64,000 nucleotides of DNA from assembly GCA_963835065.1 (NCBI GenBank), contig CAWIEK010000037.1, forward strand, positions 32,001-96,000, in the 5' to 3' direction. The position numbers and the translations under genes were made by a program. The notes below the pieces were generated by a model, which worked only from the letters and a program-made list of their open reading frames with translations, had not been told where the DNA came from and did no database searches. Numbering within the stretch: the stretch's first letter is position 1; every line of letters begins with the position of its first letter. Below are positions 52,839 to 62,051 of the stretch, piece by piece. The stretch is from an uncultured Chthonomonadaceae bacterium. Its GTDB lineage: Bacteria > Armatimonadota > Chthonomonadetes > Chthonomonadales > Chthonomonadaceae.

Positions 52839-54212
52839 TCAGGCATGAAAATAACATAAAAAGTGGTAAATGGCGCGTTCAAACACATCCGGCTGACGGC
52901 AGAAGCGCAGATGCGAACCGATTTCCAGATTGTTCCAATGCGCCTTCCGATCCAAAATCATTTCCAACAGGGCAAAAGGCAGCGTGATGCGAACAAACGG
53001 CTCTTCTTCCAATCCCCGAAACGTTTTAGCGACCGGGCAGCCATTAAAGGGAACACAGTACAAATGTTCCTCCCCTGTATCCAGAACCAGTTTCCAATCG
53101 GAGCGATAACCGCCCTGCGCGTCCTGATAGCGGAGCATCCGCGCCTGCGCCACCTGTAAACGCGGCATCAAATCCGGCAACTCGGAGAGGGGCGCGAACA
53201 TTTCGGCTTCTTCTTGCGCTTGATGTTGATCTTCATAAGGGTAGCGCCTGTGCGCCAGAACGTCGCGTACATATTCCGCGCGCTTCACGGGATCGGGAGG
53301 GGCAAACGGCGCGGAAGAGGTTTGGGTTTCGACATCAAACCGTTCACCCGAATTCAGCAGAACCATTCGGGCGTTCAGATCGTGTTCGGCCAGCAGAGGA
53401 GCGAACACGACAGGCAGTTCCTCCAATTCGGGAACGCCGCGAAAGGGGTTGAGCGCGGACAATCGCCCGCCGAGCGTATACTGCCCGGCAAACGGCAAAA
53501 AGGCGGTTGGGCGCAACTGTTTCAGGTACATCGCCGCCTGATGCAAAAACTGCTTTTGCTTGGCTTGCCCGCGCTCCCGTTTCGCCGCATCGTCCAGGTT
53601 GTCGAAACACTGCGGGTACGGTCCTGCCCCGGCGTAGCCCACCATCAGAAAGTCTACGCTGCCATAGCGTTCGAGGATGTGCTGACACGCCGTGCTTGCC
53701 ATGACATGCGGGCAGTCGTTGACATTCACGACGGTCTTGCCGCCGCCATGAAAGACGGCAAGCGTATCAATCTGCGAAGAACGATTGGGAGATTGGTTAG
53801 GTGCGCAGCCAAAGAACTTGCCGCAAACGCCCGGATCGCAGTTGTCCGCCGCCATGATTTCCATCGTGAAGTCAGGGGCAATTTCCACAATGCTCCTGTG
53901 CGGCGCTTCGCGTATATCGGTAAAGCCTATCCCCGCAAGCGTCCGCCGCACAAATTTTTCGGCGTAATCGTGGATGACAATAGGAATATGGCGAGGCAGG
54001 CGTGACAGCGTAGCCGGGTCGAGGTGATCCGGGTGAATGTGGGAGATGTAAATATAGTCTACATCGGCGAAATCTTCCGGCGCGAACGTCAAAGGCGGAT
54101 AGTGGAACCAGCTTCCATAGTAGATGCCGTCCGTCAGCCAGGGATCGCACAGGACGCGCTTGCCGGCATGTTCCACAATCACGGTTGCGCTGCTGATGTA
54201 CTGAATTTGCAT
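52839..54212 (-). CDS. Metallo-beta-lactamase-fold protein, CMP-Neu5Ac hydroxylase (CMAH)-like, no Rieske domain
   Basis: DPWL, YIYISHIHPDH, N.ND, YAGAGPYP, PFAG.Y, W..LEIG...R.PDVF. Confidence 0.75.
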   Translation of the reverse strand: MQIQYISSATVIVEHAGKRVLCDPWLTDGIYYGSWFHYPPLTFAPEDFADVDYIYISHIHPDHLDPATLSRLPRHIPIVIHDYAEKFVRRTLAGIGFTDIREAPHRSIVEIAPDFTMEIMAADNCDPGVCGKFFGCAPNQSPNRSSQIDTLAVFHGGGKTVVNVNDCPHVMASTACQHILERYGSVDFLMVGYAGAGPYPQCFDNLDDAAKRERGQAKQKQFLHQAAMYLKQLRPTAFLPFAGQYTLGGRLSALNPFRGVPELEELPVVFAPLLAEHDLNARMVLLNSGERFDVETQTSSAPFAPPDPVKRAEYVRDVLAHRRYPYEDQHQAQEEAEMFAPLSELPDLMPRLQVAQARMLRYQDAQGGYRSDWKLVLDTGEEHLYCVPFNGCPVAKTFRGLEEEPFVRITLPFALLEMILDRKAHWNNLEIGSHLRFCRQPDVFERAIYHFLCYFHA

Positions 54213-54293
54213 TTACCTCACTCCGGGCGTCCATTTATGGACACCCTCTCCTGGCCGCTCGTTCCTCGCTAGGAGAGGGGCTAATAATATGCG

Positions 54294-55544
54294 TTACTTT
54301 CTTACAAGGCGATGCACTTTTCGGACGGCTTCAATAAGTAAGTGAACGTGTGCATTGGTAGGCGCATACATGCAGTTTTCAAAGCCGAGGAAAGAGTGGG
54401 CGTACAACTCTTCGACAACCGGGCATAATCCTTGTTCATAGCGTCTGTCGGACAAGTTAAATGGATAGGAGCCGAAAGCGACACGCTTCTGAAAAACCGG
54501 CAGCATATAGAGCGGGCGTACATAACCGGTGAAATGGGGGAAACCTTCTGCTGTCAGTGCGCGGCTGAACTGCTCACGCGATACGCCTACGGCTTCGGCA
54601 TCATAGCGGAAGCCAAGCACATAGTAAACATGGCGGCAGCCGGGGCGCGTGAGCGGAACCGTCAGCCCTTCCAGTCCTTGCAGTCCCGCAATGAGTTGCT
54701 GCGCCAGCCGTTCGCGGGTTTCCACATGCCGGTCAATTTTGTTTAATTGTTCCAGGCCGATAGCCGCGCTCAACTCGGTCATGCGGTAGTTGAAGCCGAT
54801 TATGTTGGAAATGTCTTCCATGCCAAGCGGCTCAACAACATTTTCGCCATGATTGCGAATTAGTTGAAGTTTACGCGCCAAACCTGCATCGTTGGTGACG
54901 CAAACGCCGCCTTCGCCCGCGTGAATATGCTTGTGGTAATTCAGGCTGAACACGCCGATGTGCCCGATTGTGCCTGCAAGCCTGCCGTTTTCCATCGCAA
55001 GCGGAGCCTGCGCATTGTCTTCAATCAAGTACAGTCCGTTGCGGTCAGCCATATCGCGCAGGTGTGCCAGTTGCGCCGGATGCCCGAATAGATTGACGGC
55101 AATGATGGCGCGAGTACGGGGCGTGATTGCGGCTTGAACGGCGTTTACATCCAGGCAAAAGGTTTCCGGTTCCACGTCCGCGAAAACCGGGATGCCGCCA
55201 TAAATCAGGGGCGCGAGCGCGGTTGCCGACATGGTGTAGGGCGGCACAATCACTTCATCGCCGGGCTGTATTCCGATTGCGCCCATGGCCGCGTACAGGC
55301 CGGACGTGGCCGAGTTGACCGAAACCGCGTGTGCGACCCCGAACCGCTGCGCCCAAGCGTCTTCAAAGCGGCGCACCATCGGCCCGCCGCCGAACTGTTC
55401 GCCCCAACTGCCATAAAAGCCGGACAAGCACCCGGAGCGCACAACCTCTGTAACCGCCTGTACTTCCTCTTCGCCCAACGTATTGTAAGCGGGCAGGGGA
55501 CACGGAAGTACAGGGGAACCGCCGAATAAGGCTAACTTTTCCAA
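54294..55544 (-). CDS. DegT/DnrJ/EryC1/StrS sugar aminotransferase
   Basis: VNSATSGL, IEDNAQA, SLNYHKHIHAGEGG, GFNYRMTE; TTG start after SD GGAGG. Confidence 0.92.
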   Translation of the reverse strand: MEKLALFGGSPVLPCPLPAYNTLGEEEVQAVTEVVRSGCLSGFYGSWGEQFGGGPMVRRFEDAWAQRFGVAHAVSVNSATSGLYAAMGAIGIQPGDEVIVPPYTMSATALAPLIYGGIPVFADVEPETFCLDVNAVQAAITPRTRAIIAVNLFGHPAQLAHLRDMADRNGLYLIEDNAQAPLAMENGRLAGTIGHIGVFSLNYHKHIHAGEGGVCVTNDAGLARKLQLIRNHGENVVEPLGMEDISNIIGFNYRMTELSAAIGLEQLNKIDRHVETRERLAQQLIAGLQGLEGLTVPLTRPGCRHVYYVLGFRYDAEAVGVSREQFSRALTAEGFPHFTGYVRPLYMLPVFQKRVAFGSYPFNLSDRRYEQGLCPVVEELYAHSFLGFENCMYAPTNAHVHLLIEAVRKVHRLVRK

Positions 55545-55748
55545 GCAAACCTCCACAGGTGAGGAACCGCGAAAGGATACGGTAGAAACCGCGAAACACG
55601 CAAAATAAACGAAAAAAGACCAAAGCAACGGATAGACAAACCCGTTAAACACGGCACAATCTGGTGTCCACAGGACAATTGGCCGCAGGCCTAACAACCG
55701 GCATTTTATGTACTGGTTGAACACGGCTGCACTATACGTGGTCAATGT

Positions 55749-56528
55749 TCAGGCGCGGACGTTGATGCCTGCCGTGTGCAGGAAGGAACGGGCTTTGATC
55801 GGGCTTTGATCGGTGAAATGGAACAGGCTGCCGACGGCAATAGCGGAAGCGTGGGCGTCCGTTACGGCATCGGCAAGGTGCTGCAAGGTTCCCGCGCCGC
55901 CGGACGCGATGATGGGAATGGGATAGCGAACGGTCGCTTCACGGATCAGTTCAAGATCGTAGCCCTGCATCGTGCCGTCGCGGTCAATGGACGTGAGCAG
56001 AATCTCGCCCGCGCCTTCAGCGACAATGCGGTCCAGATGCGTCCAGACATCCATTCCTGTCGGCTGTGTGCCGCCCCGTATCCAAACCTCATGCAGATGA
56101 GTCGGAGTGGCCTTCACATCAACGGACGCGACAACGCACTGCTTACCGTAACAGTCGGCAATGGCGGGCAAAAAGGAACGGGACTCAAACGCAAGCGTGT
56201 TGACCGCGATTTTGTCCGCTCCGGCGCGAAGCAGGCAGGCTACATCATCAAGATCGCGTATGCCGCCGCCAACCGTCAGCGGCATAAAACACTCTTCCGC
56301 CGCGCGAGCGATAATGTCCAGCAACAGGCCGCGTCCCGGCTCCCCATCCGCAGAAGGAGCGGCGTAACAGTCAATGTCCAGAAACAGCAGTTCATCCACC
56401 GTCTGCGCGTTGTAAATACGCGCATTGGAAACCGGAGCGCCCACGTCACGCAGGTTCTCGAAGCGCGTTCCCTTTACGGTGCGCCCCCGTTTCAGCAGCA
56501 GTTTTGGAATGATGCGTGTTTTTAGCAT
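55749..56528 (-). CDS. HisF paralog of the glycan amidotransferase system (WbuZ-like)
   Basis: RIIP.LL, FMPLTVGGGI, SIDRDGT..GYDL; next to the HisH paralog and amidotransferase. Confidence 0.9.
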   Translation of the reverse strand: MLKTRIIPKLLLKRGRTVKGTRFENLRDVGAPVSNARIYNAQTVDELLFLDIDCYAAPSADGEPGRGLLLDIIARAAEECFMPLTVGGGIRDLDDVACLLRAGADKIAVNTLAFESRSFLPAIADCYGKQCVVASVDVKATPTHLHEVWIRGGTQPTGMDVWTHLDRIVAEGAGEILLTSIDRDGTMQGYDLELIREATVRYPIPIIASGGAGTLQHLADAVTDAHASAIAVGSLFHFTDQSPIKARSFLHTAGINVRA

Positions 56529-56533
56529 AGGAT

Positions 56534-56671
56534 TTAGGGGTCAGGATTCAGGATTCAGGATTCAGGAGCCAGTTACAGAGTGTTCTTGATAAAAAGGCAG
56601 ATTTCTTACCACTCAAGAGCAGTAACAAGCTTGTCTTCACTGACCCCTGAATCCTGAATCCTGACCCCTAA
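56534..56671. repeat. Inverted pair of CAGGATT heptamer arrays between the hisH-like and hisF-like genes
   Basis: TTAGGGGTCAGGATTCAGGATTCAGG (56534-56559) is the exact reverse complement of 56646-56671. Confidence 0.92.
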
Positions 56672-57291
56672 CCGGGTTTCCACTGCATGAAGTTATCCAG
56701 CAGGCACAACCCGTTTTCCTGACTTTTTTCAGGATGGAACTGGACGGCGAACAGGTTATTTTTGCGTATGGCTGCCGGGAACGCGCCGCCGTAATCGCAG
56801 GTGGCAATCACATCGCCTGCATCGGCGCAGGACAGGGCGTAGGAATGAACAAAGTAAACGCAAGTATCTTTGCGCTTGATGCCGGCAAACAGCGGCTCGT
56901 TTGGGTCAAAACAGAGTTCATTCCAGCCGACGTGCGGCAGTTTCAAATTGGAATCATGCGGCGTGAGCAGGCGGCAGGAAGCGTTCAGCAGTCCTAATCC
57001 CGGCCATTCGCCGTTTTCCATTCCGGTATGCGCCAGCACTTGCATGCCCACGCAAATGCCCATAATCGGCTTACCACTGTATGCCTGCGCGAGAAGGGCG
57101 GCATCCAAACCGGTTTGTTTGAGATTGCGCATGGCGGTTGCGAACGCGCCCTGCCCCGGAAGAATGATGCGCTCCGCGCCCTGCAAATCTTCGGGACGCG
57201 ACGTAAGCTGCGCGTCGTACCCCAAATGCTCCAGCGCGCGAAGCACGGAACACAGATTGCTCACTCCATAATCTACAACGGCTGCCTGCAT
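56668..57291 (-). CDS. HisH paralog glutamine amidotransferase (WbuY-like)
   Basis: GICVGMQ, PHVGWN, YFVHSY, QFHPEKS. Confidence 0.92.
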   Translation of the reverse strand: MQAAVVDYGVSNLCSVLRALEHLGYDAQLTSRPEDLQGAERIILPGQGAFATAMRNLKQTGLDAALLAQAYSGKPIMGICVGMQVLAHTGMENGEWPGLGLLNASCRLLTPHDSNLKLPHVGWNELCFDPNEPLFAGIKRKDTCVYFVHSYALSCADAGDVIATCDYGGAFPAAIRKNNLFAVQFHPEKSQENGLCLLDNFMQWKPG

Positions 57292-57332
57292 AAGTATAAG
57301 TCCATCTTTGATGCGAATTCTTTTACAAAGAC

Positions 57333-58484
57333 TTACGATGCCTTCTGCAACACGCGCAATTGCGGCTTGTATTCCCAGGGCGAAACCTGATGGCTTTTGG
57401 CGATTTTAAGGAATTCGGCTTCGCTCATGCCAACGATTTCCAGGAACCAATCCAGACTGGCGGGACGCTGGCCGTCGTATTCCACCATCAGGCGTTCGCC
57501 GGTTTCCCGTTCCAGAACGCCGTTGCGTATGTCAATGCTGGCGAGATGCGCCGTGCGTCCGTAGCCGCGCTTGATGAACTTGATATAATCGCGGACGCCC
57601 TGCAAGCCACATTCGATCTTTTCGTAGCCGTACTGTGAGGGAACGCCTTCTACCACATCTTCCTGCCAGCCGAGTTCCCGCTTGATAAGGTCCACCTGAT
57701 TCTTGACGTTCCAGGGAATGTAGGAACCCAGGCAGACGGAGCGATAATTGATGGCCCGCAGGTCGCGCAATTTCGGGTAGCGGAACGGATCAAGATCGCG
57801 CGGGTCGAGATCGCTCATATCAATCATGCCTGCCATGTCGTCGGCGGTAATGCCCAGGTTCACGAACCGATTGAACCGCTTCTCGTCCACTTCCTCTACT
57901 TCGTCGTAGGAAAAATAGGCCGTGTATTCCGCGCTAGGTTCGCCCCAGAACACAAGCGGAACCTCAAATTTGGCGGCAATCTGCATCGGATACGCGAAGA
58001 TGCCGGAGTGGCAATGCCAGCAAAAGTCGCCCTTGCGCAGAAAACTTTCCAGCATCAGGCGCTGCACCAGTTTCCAATTGGGACGGAATTTAAGGAAATC
58101 GCAGCCCAATGTTTGCAGAACGCGCTCGTTGTTCGCCAGTACGCCCGGACGCAGAAAGCCATGATCGAAACTGACCACGAGCGGCTTGATTTTGTACTCC
58201 TGCATCAGATATAAGAGCGTAAACGCGCTGTCCTTGCCCCCGCTGAACGGAACAATGCAGTCGTAAGCGTATTTGCCCCGGTGCTGTTCAATCAAGGCGT
58301 CCAGATTTCGCTTTTTCTGTTCCCAATCTATGGCATGTTTGATCTCGTGCTGGCGGCAGACATTGCACACGCCTTCGGCATCGAAAATAATCGTTTCGTG
58401 CGTTTCCGGTATCAGGCAGCGGGAGCAACGCTTTAGTTGATAGTTGATAGTTGATAGTTGATAGGGGAAAGCAGTGGGTTGCAT
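57333..58484 (-). CDS. N-acetyl sugar amidotransferase (WbuX/PseA family)
   Basis: C..C, GVC..C, YDCIVPFSGGKDS PP-loop, KFIKRGYGR. Confidence 0.9.
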   Translation of the reverse strand: MQPTAFPYQLSTINYQLKRCSRCLIPETHETIIFDAEGVCNVCRQHEIKHAIDWEQKKRNLDALIEQHRGKYAYDCIVPFSGGKDSAFTLLYLMQEYKIKPLVVSFDHGFLRPGVLANNERVLQTLGCDFLKFRPNWKLVQRLMLESFLRKGDFCWHCHSGIFAYPMQIAAKFEVPLVFWGEPSAEYTAYFSYDEVEEVDEKRFNRFVNLGITADDMAGMIDMSDLDPRDLDPFRYPKLRDLRAINYRSVCLGSYIPWNVKNQVDLIKRELGWQEDVVEGVPSQYGYEKIECGLQGVRDYIKFIKRGYGRTAHLASIDIRNGVLERETGERLMVEYDGQRPASLDWFLEIVGMSEAEFLKIAKSHQVSPWEYKPQLRVLQKAS

Positions 58485-58559
58485 TATGAAGGCTCCTCGT
58501 AGGGTGTATAGAAATTAAACAGTAGGGATCATTTGATAGTCAGGGTGGCCTATCAACCA

Positions 58560-59183
58560 TCAACTATCAAATATCCGAAACTCTTCCCGAAACAGCCCCA
58601 TGTCAATGCGATCCTGAAAAGCGCCGTGACTCCAGTATTCCTGACGCTTGCGGCCTTCGATGACGAAACCGAGGCGTTCATACAGACGGAGGGCGCGTTC
58701 GTTGTTGGCGAGGACGCCCAAAGACACTTTGCGCAGCCCTAATCGCTCGAAGGCATACGTCAGGCAGAGCCGCATGGCTTCCTCGCCAAGCCCCTGCCCG
58801 TGATGGCGCGTATCGCCGATAAGGATGCCGACGGAAGCGGTTCGGTGCAGCCAATGAATGGGTTCCAATTTGATGTTGCCGATATGCGCCCCGCTTTGCA
58901 GATGCTGAATAGCAAAGAACAGGCAAGTCGGGAACCCGGAAGCGGCTGCCGTTGCTTGCGAAACATAGCGTTGCAGGGCTTCGAGAGTTTGTGGAAACGC
59001 CCCGGTTTCCAGATGGCGCGTAATATCGGGATCGTTCAGCCAGCCGAGGTAATGCGCTCCGGCGTCGGCGGTTGTCAGAGGCCGCAGGCCGATTCGCTTG
59101 CCGCGCAAAAACAGGGCGCAAGCGTCCGCAGGCGAATACAAGGGAACTTGAGCGTCATCCAAAATGGTAAGGTCGGGCGACAT
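58560..59183 (-). CDS. RimJ/RimL-type GNAT acetyltransferase
   Basis: YLGWLNDP, HIGNIKL, GQGLG.EA, N.RA..LYE.LGF..EG. Confidence 0.88.
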   Translation of the reverse strand: MSPDLTILDDAQVPLYSPADACALFLRGKRIGLRPLTTADAGAHYLGWLNDPDITRHLETGAFPQTLEALQRYVSQATAAASGFPTCLFFAIQHLQSGAHIGNIKLEPIHWLHRTASVGILIGDTRHHGQGLGEEAMRLCLTYAFERLGLRKVSLGVLANNERALRLYERLGFVIEGRKRQEYWSHGAFQDRIDMGLFREEFRIFDS

Positions 59184-59325
59184 GAGGCGGCACATTCTCC
59201 CTGCGCGGCAGCAATGAACTGTATAGCGGCAGCATCGAACTGTATACAGGTATTATTGGCAGCGAGGGAGTGAGTTTGCAGGGGAAATATAACGGCGCGC
59301 AGGCGCTTGCGCAGGAACCGGCATA

Positions 59326-59432
59326 TCTATCAACTATGAACTGTTTATGAACTGTAAACTTGAAGCCCGGTAACGTGATTGTCGAGTGTCACCAGACATT
59401 CCTATCAACTACGAACTATCAACTATCAACTA
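59326..59432. repeat. CTATCAA/CTATGAA heptamer arrays downstream of rpoN
   Basis: ctatcaa ctatgaa...; ctatcaa ctacgaa ctatcaa ctatcaa. Confidence 0.85.
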
Positions 59433-59433
59433 T

Positions 59434-60876
59434 TTAACGACGACGACGGGTGGAAGAGAGGATTTTGGCTTCCTGGCGGTATTTGACAACGGTACGGCGG
59501 GCAACGGAAAAGCCCCGTTCCTCCAGCAAGTCTACAATCTGCTGATCGGACAGAGGATACGCAGGGTCTTCTTCCAAAACAATGGCTTCGATGGCGTCTT
59601 TGATGGACAAAGACGAGTTGAAGAAGATGTCGAAACCCACGACTTCCTGATTGGGAAGCTGGACGTATTTGTTGGCGGTGGCGCGACTCACGGTAAACTC
59701 GTGCAGGCCAAGCAGGTCGGCAACGCGGGTGCGCGTCAGGGGGCGCAGGAACTTGCGCTGGCCTGTTTCGAGAAACCCCGTCTGACATTCGATGATGGAG
59801 CGCGTAATGAAGCGCAGGGTGTGACGGCGCTGATGCAGGTTTTGGAGGAAACGCTCGGCGCGTTCCACCCATTCCACGAAATGCTGGCGCTCTTCGGGGG
59901 ATTGGAAATTTTCGCCGCTTTTAATTTGATTGTACGCCTCGCGGTAGTACGGGTTAATACTGAGCGCCTGGGCTTCCAGTTGCGGAACCTCAATGTCGTA
60001 CCCAAGTTCCGCGCGCCGAATAATCACATCAGCGCGAACGGAGGCTTTGCTATGGCCGGGGCGGTAGCTCCAGGGCGGGCGAAACTGGCTGGCCGGAAAC
60101 GGATTCAGGTGCGCGCGAATATAGCCCATGGCTGCTTCTACATCCTCTACGGACAGTTTGAGAACGCGCGCCATTTTGCTGTAGCGGTTGTTGCAGACGT
60201 TTTCAAATTGTTCGGACAGCAGGCGCGTGGCGTTCTCATTGAGCTGTCGCTGCGCAGGCGCGGCCTGTTCGCGCAAAAACGCCAGCTGCAGCAGCAGGCA
60301 CTCCTGAAGGTCGCGCGCGCCGACGCCGGGCGGGTCGAAGGATTGGATGATGATGAGCAGGCGGCAGACTTCGCTTTCATCCACGTTCAAGTCACAGGCA
60401 ATCTGTCCGGTTTTTTCCGGCAGCCAGCCGCGCGCATCCAGACAGTTGATGATGTACTCGCCCAGAGGGTAATCCTCCGGGGAAACGGCGGAACGGAGCA
60501 GGCTGCACAAATGTTCTGAAAGCGTGATCTCCGCTTCCAGGTTGCCAACGACGTCAAACTCCTCTTCGCCTTCCATGCCCTCGAAGCCGGGAATAGTATC
60601 GTATTCATTCTGGTGGTCGCCGGAGTCCATCGTGTCGTTGTTGTCGGGGCGGCGGGCGTTTTCGCGCGCCATGCACGTAACGCACTGCGCCGGGGTGAGG
60701 CAGTTGCCGTCACACGCGCTTTCTTCAAGCGTGACAAGGGCAGGGTTTTCCAGCAACTCGGCCTCAATGGATTGTTCCAATTCCATGCTGCTGAGCTGCA
60801 ATATGGTGTTGGCAACGATCAGCTTGGGGTCGATTCGCTGCGTTATAACGGCCCGTTGGTCTTGCTGAAGGAGCAC
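59434..60876 (-). CDS. rpoN: RNA polymerase sigma-54 factor
   Basis: LQLS..EL...ENP, FDPPGVGARDLQECL, LHE.TVSRA, LSDQQI, RpoN box VARRTVVKYR. Confidence 0.95.
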   Translation of the reverse strand: MLLQQDQRAVITQRIDPKLIVANTILQLSSMELEQSIEAELLENPALVTLEESACDGNCLTPAQCVTCMARENARRPDNNDTMDSGDHQNEYDTIPGFEGMEGEEEFDVVGNLEAEITLSEHLCSLLRSAVSPEDYPLGEYIINCLDARGWLPEKTGQIACDLNVDESEVCRLLIIIQSFDPPGVGARDLQECLLLQLAFLREQAAPAQRQLNENATRLLSEQFENVCNNRYSKMARVLKLSVEDVEAAMGYIRAHLNPFPASQFRPPWSYRPGHSKASVRADVIIRRAELGYDIEVPQLEAQALSINPYYREAYNQIKSGENFQSPEERQHFVEWVERAERFLQNLHQRRHTLRFITRSIIECQTGFLETGQRKFLRPLTRTRVADLLGLHEFTVSRATANKYVQLPNQEVVGFDIFFNSSLSIKDAIEAIVLEEDPAYPLSDQQIVDLLEERGFSVARRTVVKYRQEAKILSSTRRRR

Positions 60877-62051
60877 TGTGTCACCTGTTTGGACAGTCTA
60901 TTATTGACAATCAGTTTTCAACAGTCAGTTTCAAGAGTTGAAATCAATGGTCAGGCCAACTGTCAACGAAATTATGGCGGTGGAACTCATCAAAGCGTTC
61001 AGGTCACATTTTAGCGCGGCATAAACGCGGCAAAGGCCGCAATGCTGAAACCATCTTAATGAAAATCGGGATTTCCGAAGTTACCGGCTGATTGTCGGCG
61101 TCTTCCTGGCTCATGTTCAGAGTGTGGGCGGGTGGAGCAGGCAGTTACAGGAAAAATGCCGGGAGAGTCGGCTATGGTACCGTTATTATGGCATGTTTTT
61201 AGGAGTGCGCGTAATCACATCAATGTTAAATTTGAGTTGTCGCTGTTTGTGGGCACATCAGCCGTGTCATAAATCCCGGCGCGGCGCTTTCCCGAAAATC
61301 TACTTCCCAATGACTCCTTTATCACCGTATCAGCGACATGGCAAGCAGAAATTAGGAGAGAGACAATATCCCACTTCTTGACGAGGCAGCGTAGCGCTTT
61401 GTTCAGGCAAACCATACCTGTTTTAAGCGACTCTGCTAAAAATACCAGTATACTTGGTTTTAGCGTTTATCCAGCGATACTTAATGACACTACATGGCGC
61501 TTGAAAATGGTGTAAAGGAAACGAAATTTAGAGCATATCTATTTACATATAAAATGAATTAGGCAAAAGGAACAGAACTGTGATGGGCAAAAGGCGGTTG
61601 GGATCGATGGTAGAACCCTGTAAACACTTCTGCAAACGCGCGGGAAGTCAGGTATAATTGAGTATAGTATACCCTGAAAAGAGATCAAATAGGTAGAAAT
61701 TTGTACGTATCCTCGTTGGATTTTGCTGTCACTTTTGCTTTGTTTTTGTAGACGCCGAGCGTGGCGGGCGCAGAAACATCCGAGCAATATGCCCCGGCAT
61801 AGCGTCGAACGCCAAATCAGCGAAACTCCGACAGGCAATAGGCGTCTAAACTCCCAACAGCAACATCTTGTACGCATCGGTATTCAGGTGTTCGGTGTTC
61901 AGGTATTCGGATAAGTCGGACATTTGCGTTTACGGCTGCCGAAGTGAACATTGGCCCGACGGTTCTTTAGTCAGATAATCTTTAGCCAGATAATTTTGAG
62001 AGCTATTCCTCATACTTTTTCGGCATTAGCCCCCTTTAGGAGAAAGACAAC

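Noticed and set aside
55749..57291. Histidine biosynthesis hisF/hisH
   Set aside because: They are adjacent to an N-acetyl-sugar amidotransferase in a glycan cluster, so they are better read as the ammonia-supplying paralogs.
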